This document shows positions 46,203 through 57,163 of a DNA stretch of 64,000 nucleotides, one piece after another. The position numbers and the translations under genes are program-made. The notes beneath the pieces are model-generated. The model was not told where the DNA came from and made no database searches. It worked only from the letters and a program-made list of their open reading frames with translations. The stretch's first letter is position 1. Each line of letters opens with the position of its first letter. Origin of the DNA: Planctomycetota bacterium (GTDB taxonomy: Bacteria > Planctomycetota > UBA8108 > SXIK01). The stretch is from assembly GCA_965223845.1 (NCBI GenBank), contig CBDCXR010000004.1:7200001-7264000 (forward strand). The letters are read 5' to 3'.

Positions 46203-49200
46203 ATGCCGATGACCTGGCGAACGCTTCCCTACGTGCTGAATTTGCTTCTCTTCGTCCTTCCCTTTCTCGATCGCGCGCTCGTCGCGCAGGAAACCGAAGA
46301 TCCGGCGCCGACTGCTTCTGAGCTCGCCGAGAAGCTGAAGGCGATCGAGGAAGATCCGGCGCTCGGAGCGGAGCTGAAGACAAACCTCGTCGAAGCGTAC
46401 AAGAAGGCGCTCGAGCACGTGAAGGCGGCGGAGACCTTCGGGAGTCGCGTCGAGGAGCTCGACGCGGCCGTCCGCGCGGCGCCGACACGCCTTGCCGAAA
46501 TCAAGGAGAAGCTCGCGAAGCCGACGACCGAGGTCGAGATCGACGTCCCGGTCGACGCTTCGCTTCAGCAGCTCGAGCAGCTGTTGGCGCAGAAGGAGGC
46601 CGAGTTCAAGGCGGCGCAGGAAGCTCTCTCGGAAGTGATCTCCGAGCAGGAAGAGCGCGTCAAGAAGCGGGGCGCCATCCCGCGCCTACTCACCGCGGCT
46701 CGAGAACGATTGGCGGAGGTGACGACCCAGCTCGGGACGCCGGCCGCCGCGGGCGAAGCTGCCGAGCTCTCCCTGGCGAAGCGCACCGTGCTTCTCGCCC
46801 AGCGGGGCGCACTCGAGCGGGAGATTCTCGCGTACCAAAATGAAGTCCCGAGCTACGACGCCCGGGCCGAGCTCATCCAGCTGCGTCGCTCGGAGGCGGA
46901 GCGAGACTTGGCGGACACCGAGCGCCTCGTGAAATCGTGGCGAGACCTAGTTGTCGAGAGACGGAGGGTCGAGTCGGAGAGCGCTGAACGAACGGCTCGG
47001 GAAGCCGCCGAGGCCGCGCAAAACGAGCATCCGGCGGTCAAGCTTCTCGCCGAAGAGAACTCGCGGCTCGCGGAGGAGCGGGGTCGACTGAACGGCCTTC
47101 GGGCGAAGGCGACGACTCAACTCGACGACGCTCGCGAGCTGCTCCGGAAGACCCGGGAGACGTTTCGCGGTCTCTCCCGAAAGGTCGATGCGTCTCGGTT
47201 CACGAGCACACTCGGAGTCTTGCTTCGAACTCAGCAAAAGAAACTGAGGGACATTCGAGAGCTCGAGGCGAGCATTTCGGAGCGAGCCGACGAAGCCGGG
47301 CGAGTCGAAGTGTGGCTCGTCGACCTAGAAGAACAGCGGAGAGCGACCGTCGACGATCGGGTCCGCGAGCTGTTCGAGCGATCGGAAACTCCTCTCGAGA
47401 GTGCCTCGGACGATCTGAAAACGAGACTCGCCGAGCTCGTCGAAGACTCGCGCCTCAATTACGTGATCCCGCTTGCCGCCGACTACGAGAACTACGCGAA
47501 TAAACTCTCCGACCTCGACACGGAAGAACGAGAGCTCGGGGCGGAGGTTCGGCGGTTCTCGGAATTCATCGCGCGAAGGATCCTCTGGAGTCGAAGCGCG
47601 AGCGCACTCGAGCCCGCCGATGCGAAGAAGTCGCTCCATGCGATCGCCTGGTGTCTCGATCGCGATCACTGGATCGAGCTCGGCGGCGCGATTCGCGAGA
47701 GCTGGTCCGAACGACCGACGCCGTTCATCTTGTTCGCTCTCTCCCTGGTCTTCTCAGCCGTCGTCTACCGCACCCTCGTCAAACGCCTGCGGATGCTCGG
47801 CGAATTGGCGCAGAGGTCGCGTTCGAGCGACCTCTCGCCGACCTTGAAGGCGTTTTTCATCACACTCATCCTCACGCTCCTACTGCCGACTTCGTTCTGG
47901 CTTCTCGGCTGGTGCTGTTCCGTCGCCGGCGAGTCGTCTGCGCTCGGAGCGGCGCTTTCGACCGCTTGTCTTGCGACCGGATCCGTACTGTTTACGATCG
48001 AGATCCTGCGTCACACGACTCGAGATGGCGGTCTTGCGGAGAAGCATTTCCGCTGGAGCGCTCTCACGGTCCACGTGATTCGAAAAAACACCGCGCTCCT
48101 TTCGATCTTTCTCCTCCCGCTTCTCTTCGTCGCCGCACTCCTCGAAGGTCAGAGAGTCGAGGAGCACAAGGAGTCCCTCGGACGACTCGCGTTCGTCGGA
48201 GTTCTCGTCGTGTTTACGTTCTTTCTCGCGCGAGTGCTCAGCCCCGAGCGAGGAGTTTGGCATCACACGATTCGCGTCCGACCGGGGAGCCTCGTCTCAC
48301 GATTCCGCCTCCTCTGGTACGGCGGGGCGATTCTCGCACCGATCGCGCTGATCGTGCTGGCCGTGCTCGGCTACTACTACACGAGCATTCAGCTCGCGTG
48401 GCGTCTCGAGGTCACGCTTTGGCTTCTTCTCTTGCTCGTTCTGCTCCAAGCCTTGCTTCTTCGCTGGCTGCTTCTCGCGAAGAGGAAGCTCGCCATCGAG
48501 CAGGCGCGATCGAAGAGAAAAGCAGAATCTGAGCAGCGCGCAAAAGAGGGCGCCGGCGGAGCGGCGGTCAGCGAGGAGGCGCCGATTCCGCTCGAAGAGC
48601 CGACGGTGGACCTGACCGAAGTGGACGCCCAGACAACGCGGCTCCTCCGCGCGGCGACGCTCGGCGCATTTTTGATCGGACTCTGGGTGGTGTGGGTGGA
48701 TGTGCTGCCGGCGCTCGGCATCTTGAACGATGTCCCGCTCGGCTGGACCAAGTCCGTGAACGTCTACGAGACGGTGCTCGAGGAAAACTCGCTCGGTGAG
48801 GAGACTGCGGTCGAGAGGCTCGTCGCGAAGGAGATCCCGGTGACCGCGGCGCACCTCGGCCTTGCGCTGGTGATCGGTCTCGTCGCGCTTGTCGCCGCGA
48901 GAAACTTGCCGGGCTTCCTTCAGATCGCGCTTCTGCAGAGACTTCCGCTCGACTCCGGCGCACGCTACGCGGTGACGGCCGTGTCGGGGTACACGATCAC
49001 CCTCGTCGGCATCGCGGCGGCGTTCGCCGTGATGGGCGTCGGGTGGTCGAAAGTGCAGTGGCTTGCGGCCGCCCTCACGGTGGGGCTCGGGTTCGGCCTC
49101 CAGGAGATTTTCGCGAACTTCGTCTCCGGTCTGATCATCTTCTTCGAACGGCCCGTGCGTATCGGCGACGTGGTTACCATCGACAACGTCACGGGAACGG

Positions 49201-49703
49201 TGACAAGGATTCAGATTCGTGCGACCACGGTGACCGACTGGGATCGAAAGGAGTTCGTCGTTCCGAATAAGGATTTCATCACCGGGCGGCTTCTCAACTG
49301 GACGCTCTCGAACTCGACGAACCGTGCCCTGATTACGGTCGGGGCGGCGTACGGATCCGACGTCGAGCGAGCGCTCGCGATTCTGAAGCAGGTGGCGCTC
49401 GACAACCCGAACGTGCTCGATGATCCCGAACCGATTTCGACGTTCGAGCAATTCGGAGACAGCACGCTCAATCTCGTCCTCCGGTGTTATCTTCCGAATC
49501 TCGATGTTCGCGTCGCGACGATCAGCGAGCTTCACAAGGCGATCGATCGCGAGTTCCGTGCAGCTGGGATCGAGATCGCGTTTCCCCAGCGTGACATTCA
49601 CATTCGGGGCCCGGAAGGGAGTGCCCGGAATTCGGAGGAGACGCTCAGCTCGGAGTACGCACCAGATTCGGTGAGCGGAGCGGCGAGCCACCGCAAGGCG
49701 TGA
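46203..49703 (+). CDS. Large MscS-family mechanosensitive channel (MscK/KefA-like)
   Basis: Signal peptide, long coiled coil and about 11 TMs. Pore motif WSKVQWLAAALTVGLGFGLQEIFANFVSGLIIFFERPVRIGD; also IAFPQRDIH. Confidence 0.92.
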   Translation: MPMTWRTLPYVLNLLLFVLPFLDRALVAQETEDPAPTASELAEKLKAIEEDPALGAELKTNLVEAYKKALEHVKAAETFGSRVEELDAAVRAAPTRLAEIKEKLAKPTTEVEIDVPVDASLQQLEQLLAQKEAEFKAAQEALSEVISEQEERVKKRGAIPRLLTAARERLAEVTTQLGTPAAAGEAAELSLAKRTVLLAQRGALEREILAYQNEVPSYDARAELIQLRRSEAERDLADTERLVKSWRDLVVERRRVESESAERTAREAAEAAQNEHPAVKLLAEENSRLAEERGRLNGLRAKATTQLDDARELLRKTRETFRGLSRKVDASRFTSTLGVLLRTQQKKLRDIRELEASISERADEAGRVEVWLVDLEEQRRATVDDRVRELFERSETPLESASDDLKTRLAELVEDSRLNYVIPLAADYENYANKLSDLDTEERELGAEVRRFSEFIARRILWSRSASALEPADAKKSLHAIAWCLDRDHWIELGGAIRESWSERPTPFILFALSLVFSAVVYRTLVKRLRMLGELAQRSRSSDLSPTLKAFFITLILTLLLPTSFWLLGWCCSVAGESSALGAALSTACLATGSVLFTIEILRHTTRDGGLAEKHFRWSALTVHVIRKNTALLSIFLLPLLFVAALLEGQRVEEHKESLGRLAFVGVLVVFTFFLARVLSPERGVWHHTIRVRPGSLVSRFRLLWYGGAILAPIALIVLAVLGYYYTSIQLAWRLEVTLWLLLLLVLLQALLLRWLLLAKRKLAIEQARSKRKAESEQRAKEGAGGAAVSEEAPIPLEEPTVDLTEVDAQTTRLLRAATLGAFLIGLWVVWVDVLPALGILNDVPLGWTKSVNVYETVLEENSLGEETAVERLVAKEIPVTAAHLGLALVIGLVALVAARNLPGFLQIALLQRLPLDSGARYAVTAVSGYTITLVGIAAAFAVMGVGWSKVQWLAAALTVGLGFGLQEIFANFVSGLIIFFERPVRIGDVVTIDNVTGTVTRIQIRATTVTDWDRKEFVVPNKDFITGRLLNWTLSNSTNRALITVGAAYGSDVERALAILKQVALDNPNVLDDPEPISTFEQFGDSTLNLVLRCYLPNLDVRVATISELHKAIDREFRAAGIEIAFPQRDIHIRGPEGSARNSEETLSSEYAPDSVSGAASHRKA

Positions 49704-49902
49704 ATGGACAAGGAGGGGCGCTGCGCCGACGGGAACTGTGCTCTCCGCACGGTGAGGATCGGGGTGGCGACTCATCCGATGCTCAATTCGCGTCTCGGGG
49801 TGGCGTCGTGGAATCTGGTGAGAAACCCGGTTCCGAGTGGATCGAATGGACGACGAGAGCCGGGCGACCCCGCTCCTCCGACGACCGAAGCGACTGGAGC
49901 GA

Positions 49903-50892
49903 TCAGCCGTCTCTCGGTTCGAACTCCGTCGCGAGGTGAACCACGGCTTCGCCGCGGTGAACGAGCGCCGATTTCGTGAGTCCGATCACGAGTCCGCTCG
50001 CCGGAGCGACGATGGCGACGTTCGTCTCGCCGAACGAGTCGGAGACGACGCCGAGGCGCTGTCCGTCGACGACGCTCTCGCCCTCGCGAACGAGCACGCG
50101 ACACAGGCCACTCGTCCGCGCGCGCACCCACGTCGTTTCGGCGATGCGGAGGCTCGGTGTCTTCGCCTTCCGGAACCCGCGGCGAAGCATGCCCAGGTGT
50201 CCGAGGACGCGAATCGTTCCCTCGACGCCCGTCGACACGGCTCGCCGACTGAATCGCAGCGACTCGCCGGCCTCGTAGACGAGCGTCGTCACCCCTCGAC
50301 TGGCCGCCGCTTCCCTGAGGGTTCCGTGGCGGATGCGAGAGTGAATCATGACCGGAGCGGCGAAGGCCTCGGCGCACGCTCGCGTGGCGGTGTCCTCCAG
50401 ATCGCCGCGAATCTGGGGCAGGTTCGACCGGCCATTCGACCCGGTGTGAAAATCGATTCCGTGAGTCGAACGCGAGACGACCTCCGTCATGAACGTCGAG
50501 GCGATGCGCGCCGCCATCGATCCGCGACGAGAGCCGGGAAACGACCGATTGAGGTCGCGCCGATCGGGAAGGTATCTCGACTGGTTCATGACACCGAAAA
50601 TGTTGACCACCGGCACGGCGATCAGCGTTCCGCGGAGCTTAGTGAGCGGGATCATTTCGAGCACCTCCCGAATGATCTCGATGCCGTTCAGCTCGTCTCC
50701 GTGGATCGCTCCGGAGAGCCAGAGGCACGGTCCTCGGCGCGCACCGTGAAGAACCTCGACTGGAATCGATACGAAGGTTTGCGTGGTCGGGATGCGCGCG
50801 ATGGGGATCTCGACCCGCCGGCGGGTTCCGGGACGCAGAATCTCGGTGCAAAACTGAAACGGAGCCGCGCGCTCAGCCTTTGATTCGGTCAC
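49903..50892 (-). CDS. Succinylglutamate desuccinylase / aspartoacylase family (M14) peptidase
   Basis: Motifs [24 protein letters not shown] and YEAGE, with a C-terminal hairpin domain. The start is inferred. Confidence 0.88.
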   Translation of the reverse strand: MTESKAERAAPFQFCTEILRPGTRRRVEIPIARIPTTQTFVSIPVEVLHGARRGPCLWLSGAIHGDELNGIEIIREVLEMIPLTKLRGTLIAVPVVNIFGVMNQSRYLPDRRDLNRSFPGSRRGSMAARIASTFMTEVVSRSTHGIDFHTGSNGRSNLPQIRGDLEDTATRACAEAFAAPVMIHSRIRHGTLREAAASRGVTTLVYEAGESLRFSRRAVSTGVEGTIRVLGHLGMLRRGFRKAKTPSLRIAETTWVRARTSGLCRVLVREGESVVDGQRLGVVSDSFGETNVAIVAPASGLVIGLTKSALVHRGEAVVHLATEFEPRDG

Positions 50893-51775
50893 GCGTTTTA
50901 CCCCGGCGGGCGTGTTTCTCGATGAACTCGATGATCTGGCCGGCGACATCCTTTCCGGTCGTCTGCTCGATGCCCTCGAGACCCGGCGACGAGTTCACCT
51001 CCATGACGACGGGGCCGTGATTCGATCGGAGCAGGTCGACGCCGGCGACTCTGAGCCCCATCGCCTTTGCGGAGCGGACGGCCGTGCTCCGCTCTTCCGG
51101 AGTGATCTTGATCTTCTCCGCCGTCCCGCCGCGGTGAAGATTCGAGCGAAACTCGCCCTCGGCACCCTGCCGCTTCATCGCGGCGACGACTTTCTCTCCG
51201 ATCACGAGAGCCCGGATGTCACTTCCGCCCGCCTCCTTGATGAACTCCTGAACGAGGATGTTCGCGTCGAGTCCGCGAAACGCCTCGATGACGGATTCCG
51301 CGGCTTTTTTCGTCTCCGCGAGCACGACACCGATCCCCTGCGTCCCCTCGAGCAGCTTGACGACGAGCGGCGAGCCACCGACGAGATTGATCAAGCCCTC
51401 GACGTCCTTCGTCGAGTGAGCGAAGCCGGTCACGGGAAGACCGATTCCTTTTCGTGCCAGGAGCTGTAGGCACCGGAGCTTGTCCCGCGAGCGCGTGATG
51501 GCCTGCGACTCGTTCACGGGGAAGACATCCATCATCTCGAACTGCCGAACGACCGCCGTCCCGTAGAACGTGTGCGAGGCGCCGATGCGCGGAATGATCG
51601 CGTCGACTTCCAGGCGCTTCCCTTGGTAGAGCACCTTCGGCTGGTGGGACGTGATGTCCATGTAGCACCGAAGGTAGTCGACGACCTGAACCTCGTGGCC
51701 CTTCGCCTCCGCCGCCTCTTTGAGGCGCGACGTGGAATAGAGGGATGCCTTCCGCGACAGAATCGCGATCTTCAT
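50873..51775 (-). CDS. rimK: RimK ATP-grasp alpha-L-glutamate ligase
   Basis: Motifs MKIAILSR...[39 protein letters not shown] and [13 protein letters not shown]. Confidence 0.95.
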   Translation of the reverse strand: MKIAILSRKASLYSTSRLKEAAEAKGHEVQVVDYLRCYMDITSHQPKVLYQGKRLEVDAIIPRIGASHTFYGTAVVRQFEMMDVFPVNESQAITRSRDKLRCLQLLARKGIGLPVTGFAHSTKDVEGLINLVGGSPLVVKLLEGTQGIGVVLAETKKAAESVIEAFRGLDANILVQEFIKEAGGSDIRALVIGEKVVAAMKRQGAEGEFRSNLHRGGTAEKIKITPEERSTAVRSAKAMGLRVAGVDLLRSNHGPVVMEVNSSPGLEGIEQTTGKDVAGQIIEFIEKHARRGKTRDRIKG

Positions 51776-52281
51776 CGTGCCTTCCTCTTGGTTCTCTTCT
51801 TGCTCCCGGACGGAGCCTTCTTCTTTGTCGGATCTCTGCCGGCGAGAAACGAGACGGCGGGATTGATGAGAAAGCGCCGACGCACCGCCTGTCGTCCGAG
51901 GAGCATTCGAAACCCCATTTCATCGCGGCCGACGAGCGTCAATTCGATCGGCCAAAGCTCGCCCGAGAGCGCGACCTCCGTGACGATTACCGGACGGAGG
52001 CTCTGCTTGCCCGAGGAGCTGCGAACGAGGCGCTCGTCGACGAGCTCGGCCTCGGTCTCTACCGTAGTTCGCGTGTCGCCTTGGAAGGGGTGAACCTTGA
52101 AGCGGACCATCCGTATCCGCTTCTTGTCGACGTAGCGAATGTCGAAGGCGTGAAGGGCCGACGATCTCGCGCCGGTGTCGACCTTTGCCTTGATAGCGTC
52201 AATCCCGAGCTCCGGGAGGCGCACCCACTCGCGCCAGCCGATCAGCGGTGTGTTTTCTGGCGTCCGTTTTTTCGGTGGCAC
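51772..52281 (-). CDS. RimK-associated retropepsin-like protease (RimB-like)
   Basis: Motifs [31 protein letters not shown] and R..M.FRMLLGR. ATGA overlap with rimK. Confidence 0.88.
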   Translation of the reverse strand: MPPKKRTPENTPLIGWREWVRLPELGIDAIKAKVDTGARSSALHAFDIRYVDKKRIRMVRFKVHPFQGDTRTTVETEAELVDERLVRSSSGKQSLRPVIVTEVALSGELWPIELTLVGRDEMGFRMLLGRQAVRRRFLINPAVSFLAGRDPTKKKAPSGSKKRTKRKAR

Positions 52282-52435
52282 GAGTCGAGGAATCTCTCGC
52301 GATTCGGGTCGGCGAATCCCGACGACGTTCCGGACGGCCGAACCGATCGACCTCGCGCCGACCGGGACCGACACCACGAAAGCGTGCAGCAAAGATCGTC
52401 CCGAAGCAAGATCCTGCGCCGGGACGACAAGCGCC

Positions 52436-53380
52436 TCATTCGACCCCGCGTACCGCCAGCCAGCGCTCCGCATCGAGCGCCGCCATGCAACCCGTGCCAG
52501 CCGCGGTGATGGCTTGTCGGTAGACTTTGTCCGCGACGTCGCCGCACGCGAAGACCCCTTCCTTCGACGTCTCCGTCGTGCCGGGGCGAACGATGATGTA
52601 CCCCGTGTCATCCGTCTCGAGCTGCCCGCTGAGGAAGGACGTGTTCGGTTGGTGGCCGATCGCGTAGAAGAGTCCGCCGATCGGAAGAGTCGACGTCTCG
52701 TCGGTGTTCACGTTTCGGAGGCGTGCTCCTTCGATGACGTTTTCGCCCTCGACGTCTTCGAGCACGGTGTCCCAGATCATTTCGATCTTCGGGTTGTCGA
52801 AGAGACGCTGCTGCATGATCTTGCTGGCGCGGAGCGAGTCTCGGCGATGGATCACGATGACCTTCGAGGCGAATTTCGTGAGAAACGTCGCTTCTTCGAC
52901 GGCCGAGTCACCGCCGCCGATGACCGCGACATCCTTGTTCCGAAAGATCGGGAGTGCGCCGTCGCACACCGCGCACGCGCTCATGCCCTTTCCCCAGAGC
53001 CGCTCTTCGCTCGGGACGTGGAGGCGTTTCGCCGTGGCGCCGGTCGCGATCACGAGCGCGTGCGTCTCGACTTCGCGCTCCGTCGACTTGACCCGAAACG
53101 AATCGCCCGAGAGATCGACTTCGACGACGTCCTCCTGGTGACAGACGGCCCCGAACTCCTTCGCCTGTTCGCGCAGCTTCGCCATCAGATCGGGACCCGA
53201 GATGCCGCCGCCGGGGAATCCCGGGTAGTTCTCGACCTCCGTCGTCGTCATGAGCTGTCCGCCCGGTGCGCCGCCCGATTGAAATCCTTCGAGGACGAGA
53301 GGCTCGAGATTCGCGCGAGCGGCGTAGATGGCAGCGGTGAATCCGGCCGGGCCGGAGCCGACGATCGTGATCTTTTGCAT
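52436..53380 (-). CDS. trxB: Thioredoxin-disulfide reductase
   Basis: Motifs GSGPAG, GGQL..TTEVENYPGF, SACAVCDG, GGGDSAVEEA and YRQAITAAGTGC. Confidence 0.96.
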   Translation of the reverse strand: MQKITIVGSGPAGFTAAIYAARANLEPLVLEGFQSGGAPGGQLMTTTEVENYPGFPGGGISGPDLMAKLREQAKEFGAVCHQEDVVEVDLSGDSFRVKSTEREVETHALVIATGATAKRLHVPSEERLWGKGMSACAVCDGALPIFRNKDVAVIGGGDSAVEEATFLTKFASKVIVIHRRDSLRASKIMQQRLFDNPKIEMIWDTVLEDVEGENVIEGARLRNVNTDETSTLPIGGLFYAIGHQPNTSFLSGQLETDDTGYIIVRPGTTETSKEGVFACGDVADKVYRQAITAAGTGCMAALDAERWLAVRGVE

Positions 53381-53590
53381 GATTCCTTCTCGGTGAATGG
53401 ATGCTGCCTTGTGCTCTTCCAGTGGCCCAGGCGTCGCCTGAGCGCGCTCGGGAGATCGGTGCGGCGGTTCGGTGCTCGTGCCGAAGATTTACACGAAGGG
53501 ATTCGGAAGGCCACGAAGGGAACCCCGCGCTCGAGATTCTGACACAAAAGGAGCGCAGGTGCGATCCGTGTGTCTCTCTGCTGCGACGCG

Positions 53591-55540
53591 TCAGCGCGGG
53601 GCGGTCGGAGACGGGTTCGACCCGCGCGACCGCGGGTTCTCGAGGTGGTAGAGAATCCCGTCCTCGGTCCCGACGACGAGATCCGGCACGTTGTCGCCGT
53701 TCCAATCGACGACGGCGGGACAAGTCGTGTGCCCCGAGAGCCGCCGTTCGGAGACCGGACCTTCGTGCCGAAAGCGAAACGCCCCCTCTTCCTCGGCGAC
53801 ATTGCGATAGAAGTCGGCGTTCGTTCCGTTCGCAAGGAGATCGAGCTTGCCGTCGCCGTCCCAGTCGACGATCGCGAGCTTTCGCCTTCCGCTCTTTCCC
53901 GCGTGGCCCCCGTTGAGCCGGAGCGGCTCGCCGTCTTCATCAAAGAAGATTCGAGCACCCGGGCGCAACCGGAGTCCGTCGCCGACGCGGACGCGCTCGA
54001 AGAACGCTAGATAGCCTTCGTGGTCGAGCATGACGAGGTCCGGGAGCCCGTTCCCACGTAGGTCGACGACAACCGGACTCGTTCGCCACTGCGTGACGAG
54101 CTGTCGGCCGCGCGGGGACCACCAGTTCCAAGCCGGCTTCGGCGGTGGCCCGCTCCACTCGACGAGGATCGGGCGAGCCGGCTCGAGGCGCGCCTCCCGC
54201 GCCGACCCGGTGTTTCGGTACCAGAGGACTTCGCCCCAAATGCTGTTGACGACGATGTCGACGCGACCGTCGCCGTCCCAGTCCGCGGCACACGGAACGG
54301 TGTAGCCCCACTTCGCTTCGGCCGGGCCCTGGATCGAGCCGTTCGGTCCCGCCTGGATGCGAATCACTTCTCCTCCCGCGCGCAGACGTCGCGGCGGTCG
54401 CCATCGCGGCGCGCGCGCGTCGCCGACGTTCTCGACCCAGCTCAGATACCCTGCGGTGTCGCCGCAGATGAGATCTTCGTCGCCGTCTCCGTCCCAATCG
54501 CAGCCGCTCGGTGTCGTGAGGACGCCGACCTTCACAAACTCGGCTTCCTGCCGAAAAAAACGTGGAGGGAGGAATTCGGGGAGGCGATCGACGACGTGAC
54601 CCGAGCACTCGAGGAGCGCGACGCGGCCATCCTCCTGCCCGACGATGAGATCGACATCGCCGTCCGAATCCCAATCGAGTGCCTGGACCTGGAGCATCTG
54701 GAGCTCCATGCGGATCTCGCGTTCGCGGGAGTAGAGACGCCTTCCCGTCGCCCAGCGCGGCGCCGCTCGCGTGCCGAAGTTTTCAAAGTACGTGAAACCG
54801 TCGAGAAATTCGCCGCAGATGAGATCCTCGTCGCCGTCCGAGTCCCAATCAGCGAAATTCGGCGATGGGCAGCCGAAGACGTCGAGCGGCGCGTCACCGA
54901 CGCGCAATTGTTCGGCATCGCCGTAGCGCGGCGCGGCGTCGGTGCCGAGGTTCTTCACGAAGTAGACGAATCCGTGGAGCGGCCCGCGCGTCCAGCGTCC
55001 GGACGCGTCGAAGGCATCGTCCCAGCCGTAAGCCCGCCAGTCGCTCGCCCCGACGATGAGGTCGTGGGTGCCGTCGCCGTCGTAATCGAAAAACTTCCAG
55101 TGATTCGTTCGGCCGGTGTGGAAGGACGGCTTGAACTCGACGCGCGCTCCGTCCCCGGCGAGCTGCGTCGCGCGAAACTCCGGATACCACGCGCCCGGAA
55201 TCGCGACTCGTGGCTCGCCCGCGACGTAGGAGATCGCCGCGTTGTTCTTCGCTCGACCGATGCGTCCGCGCGGCCGAAACACCGGAAACTTCGCTTCAGC
55301 GTTCGGATTCTCGAAGAAGTAGATTCCGTTCGAGGGCTTGTTCATCGTCGAAACGACGAGATCGAAGTCGCCGTCGTTGTCGTAGTCCATGACGAGTGGG
55401 ACCGCCCAGAGACCGACTTCGAGATCGACGACGAGCCCCGGCTGGTCGTAGCGGAGCGGAGAGAAGTCGTCCGAGCGCGCCGTGACGGCGAACGAGCTAG
55501 TGAGCCCGAGCGCGACGAAGAGTTTTCGGAGTGGAGTCAT
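53591..55540 (-). CDS. Secreted FG-GAP/VCBS repeat protein
   Basis: Signal peptide and many DWDxDGDxDL repeats (DYDNDGDFDL, DWDSDGDEDL, DWDGDGKLDL). AGGA RBS. Confidence 0.85.
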   Translation of the reverse strand: MTPLRKLFVALGLTSSFAVTARSDDFSPLRYDQPGLVVDLEVGLWAVPLVMDYDNDGDFDLVVSTMNKPSNGIYFFENPNAEAKFPVFRPRGRIGRAKNNAAISYVAGEPRVAIPGAWYPEFRATQLAGDGARVEFKPSFHTGRTNHWKFFDYDGDGTHDLIVGASDWRAYGWDDAFDASGRWTRGPLHGFVYFVKNLGTDAAPRYGDAEQLRVGDAPLDVFGCPSPNFADWDSDGDEDLICGEFLDGFTYFENFGTRAAPRWATGRRLYSREREIRMELQMLQVQALDWDSDGDVDLIVGQEDGRVALLECSGHVVDRLPEFLPPRFFRQEAEFVKVGVLTTPSGCDWDGDGDEDLICGDTAGYLSWVENVGDARAPRWRPPRRLRAGGEVIRIQAGPNGSIQGPAEAKWGYTVPCAADWDGDGRVDIVVNSIWGEVLWYRNTGSAREARLEPARPILVEWSGPPPKPAWNWWSPRGRQLVTQWRTSPVVVDLRGNGLPDLVMLDHEGYLAFFERVRVGDGLRLRPGARIFFDEDGEPLRLNGGHAGKSGRRKLAIVDWDGDGKLDLLANGTNADFYRNVAEEEGAFRFRHEGPVSERRLSGHTTCPAVVDWNGDNVPDLVVGTEDGILYHLENPRSRGSNPSPTAPR

Positions 55541-55664
55541 GAATCCTGTTCCTTCGGTGGCCTCACTTCGTCCGGCGGGGGGACGCGAAGGCCAACGGTT
55601 GAGCTCCGGGTCCACCGTCCACGCTCGCGCTTCACGGGTGACGCACGGCCGGACCAAGCTCGAA

Positions 55665-57122
55665 CTAAGCGCCGATTCCGCGGCGCGTCCCGCTCGCAAG
55701 CACGCCGTCGATGACTTCGCCCGCGACGTCCGTGAGACGAAAGTCCCGGCCCTGAAAGCGAAACGTGAGGCGCTCGTGGTCGACACCGAGCAGGTGAAGG
55801 ATCGTCGCGTGGAGATCGTTCAAGGACTGCGGCGCTTCGACGATGTGATAGCCGAGATCGTCCGTGCGCCCGACGGTCGCGCCGCCGCGGACGCCCGCAC
55901 CGGCGAGCCACGCGCAGAAGGCGTGGCGGTGGTGATCTCTCCCGGCGCGCGCGTCGAGGTTGCCCTGCACCATCGGCGTCCGGCCGAACTCCGCACCCCA
56001 GATGACGAGAGTCTCGTCGATGAGCCCGCGCTGGCGGAGGTCGCGGATGAGCGCCGCAACCGGACGGTCCATCTCGCGGCACTTCCGCCGCATGTTCGCG
56101 AACACCGAGCCGTGGTGATCCCAGCCCGAGTCGTAGATCTGTACGAAACGTACGCCGCGCTCGACGAGACGCCGCGCGAGGAGGCAGTGGTTCGCGAGGC
56201 TCGACTTCCCGGGCGTCGCGCCGTACTCCTCGCGCACCGAGGCCGGCTCGCGCTCGAGGTCCATCAGATCCGGCACCGCCGTCTGCATTCGAAACGCGAG
56301 CTCGTACTGCGCGATCCGCGTCGCGATCTCCGGGTCGCCCACTTCACCGAGCCGCTCTCGGTTGAGCGCCTCGATGGAATCGAGCACGCGGCGGCGGTCG
56401 TCGCGTGCGAGTCCGGGAGGATCGGAGAGGAAGAGAACCGGATCGCCCTTGCTTCGCAGCTTGATCCCTTGATGTACGGTCGGGAGGAAGGCGCTCCCCC
56501 AGAGGCTGTTCCCCGCGCCGGCTGTCGCGCCGGTGGTGAGGACGACGAAGGCGGGAAGGTCTCGATTCTCGGTCCCGAGACCGTAGGAGACCCAAGAGCC
56601 GAGGCTCGGCCGGCCGTAGCGCTCGAAGCCGGTCTGAAAGAAGAGCTGTGCGGGCGCGTGATTGAACTGCTCGGAGTGGAGCGTCTTGACGACGGCGATC
56701 TCGTCCGCGACGGTTCCGAGATGCGGGAGCAGCTGGGAGAGCTCGAGGCCGGACTCGCCGTGACGCGAGAACGCGAACTCCGAGCCGAGGAGACGCGGGT
56801 GTCCGCGCAGGAACGCGAAGCGCTCGCCCGAGATGAGTCGTTCCGGAACGAGCTCGCCGTGGTGCGCGCGAAGGACGGGCTTATCGTCGAAGAGATCGAG
56901 CTGCGATGGCGCGCCGACCATATGGAGCGCGATCACGTTTTTCGCCTGCGGAGTGTGATGCGGTCGCGGCAGTAGCGGTTCGCCACGCTGCTTCGGCGCG
57001 GCACCGAACGCGGCGGGCGCAAGGAGCGATGACAGCGCGATCGAACCGAGGCCGCCGCAACCGGTGCGGATGAGCTCGCGTCGACTCAGGAAATCCGTGG
57101 TCTCGTCGGGTCGGATTCGCAT
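55665..57122 (-). CDS. DUF1501 domain protein with a Tat-type signal
   Basis: SRRELI plus a hydrophobic stretch. Motifs [41 protein letters not shown] and GRDHH. Confidence 0.9.
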   Translation of the reverse strand: MRIRPDETTDFLSRRELIRTGCGGLGSIALSSLLAPAAFGAAPKQRGEPLLPRPHHTPQAKNVIALHMVGAPSQLDLFDDKPVLRAHHGELVPERLISGERFAFLRGHPRLLGSEFAFSRHGESGLELSQLLPHLGTVADEIAVVKTLHSEQFNHAPAQLFFQTGFERYGRPSLGSWVSYGLGTENRDLPAFVVLTTGATAGAGNSLWGSAFLPTVHQGIKLRSKGDPVLFLSDPPGLARDDRRRVLDSIEALNRERLGEVGDPEIATRIAQYELAFRMQTAVPDLMDLEREPASVREEYGATPGKSSLANHCLLARRLVERGVRFVQIYDSGWDHHGSVFANMRRKCREMDRPVAALIRDLRQRGLIDETLVIWGAEFGRTPMVQGNLDARAGRDHHRHAFCAWLAGAGVRGGATVGRTDDLGYHIVEAPQSLNDLHATILHLLGVDHERLTFRFQGRDFRLTDVAGEVIDGVLASGTRRGIGA

Positions 57123-57163
57123 CGCGGGGTGGAAGGAAGAGAACGTGCTCTGCTCGCGTTTCG

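Noticed and set aside
49704-49979. 91-aa ORF starting immediately after the MscK-like stop
   Set aside because: It overlaps the convergent deacylase gene and shows atypical codon usage and no motif.
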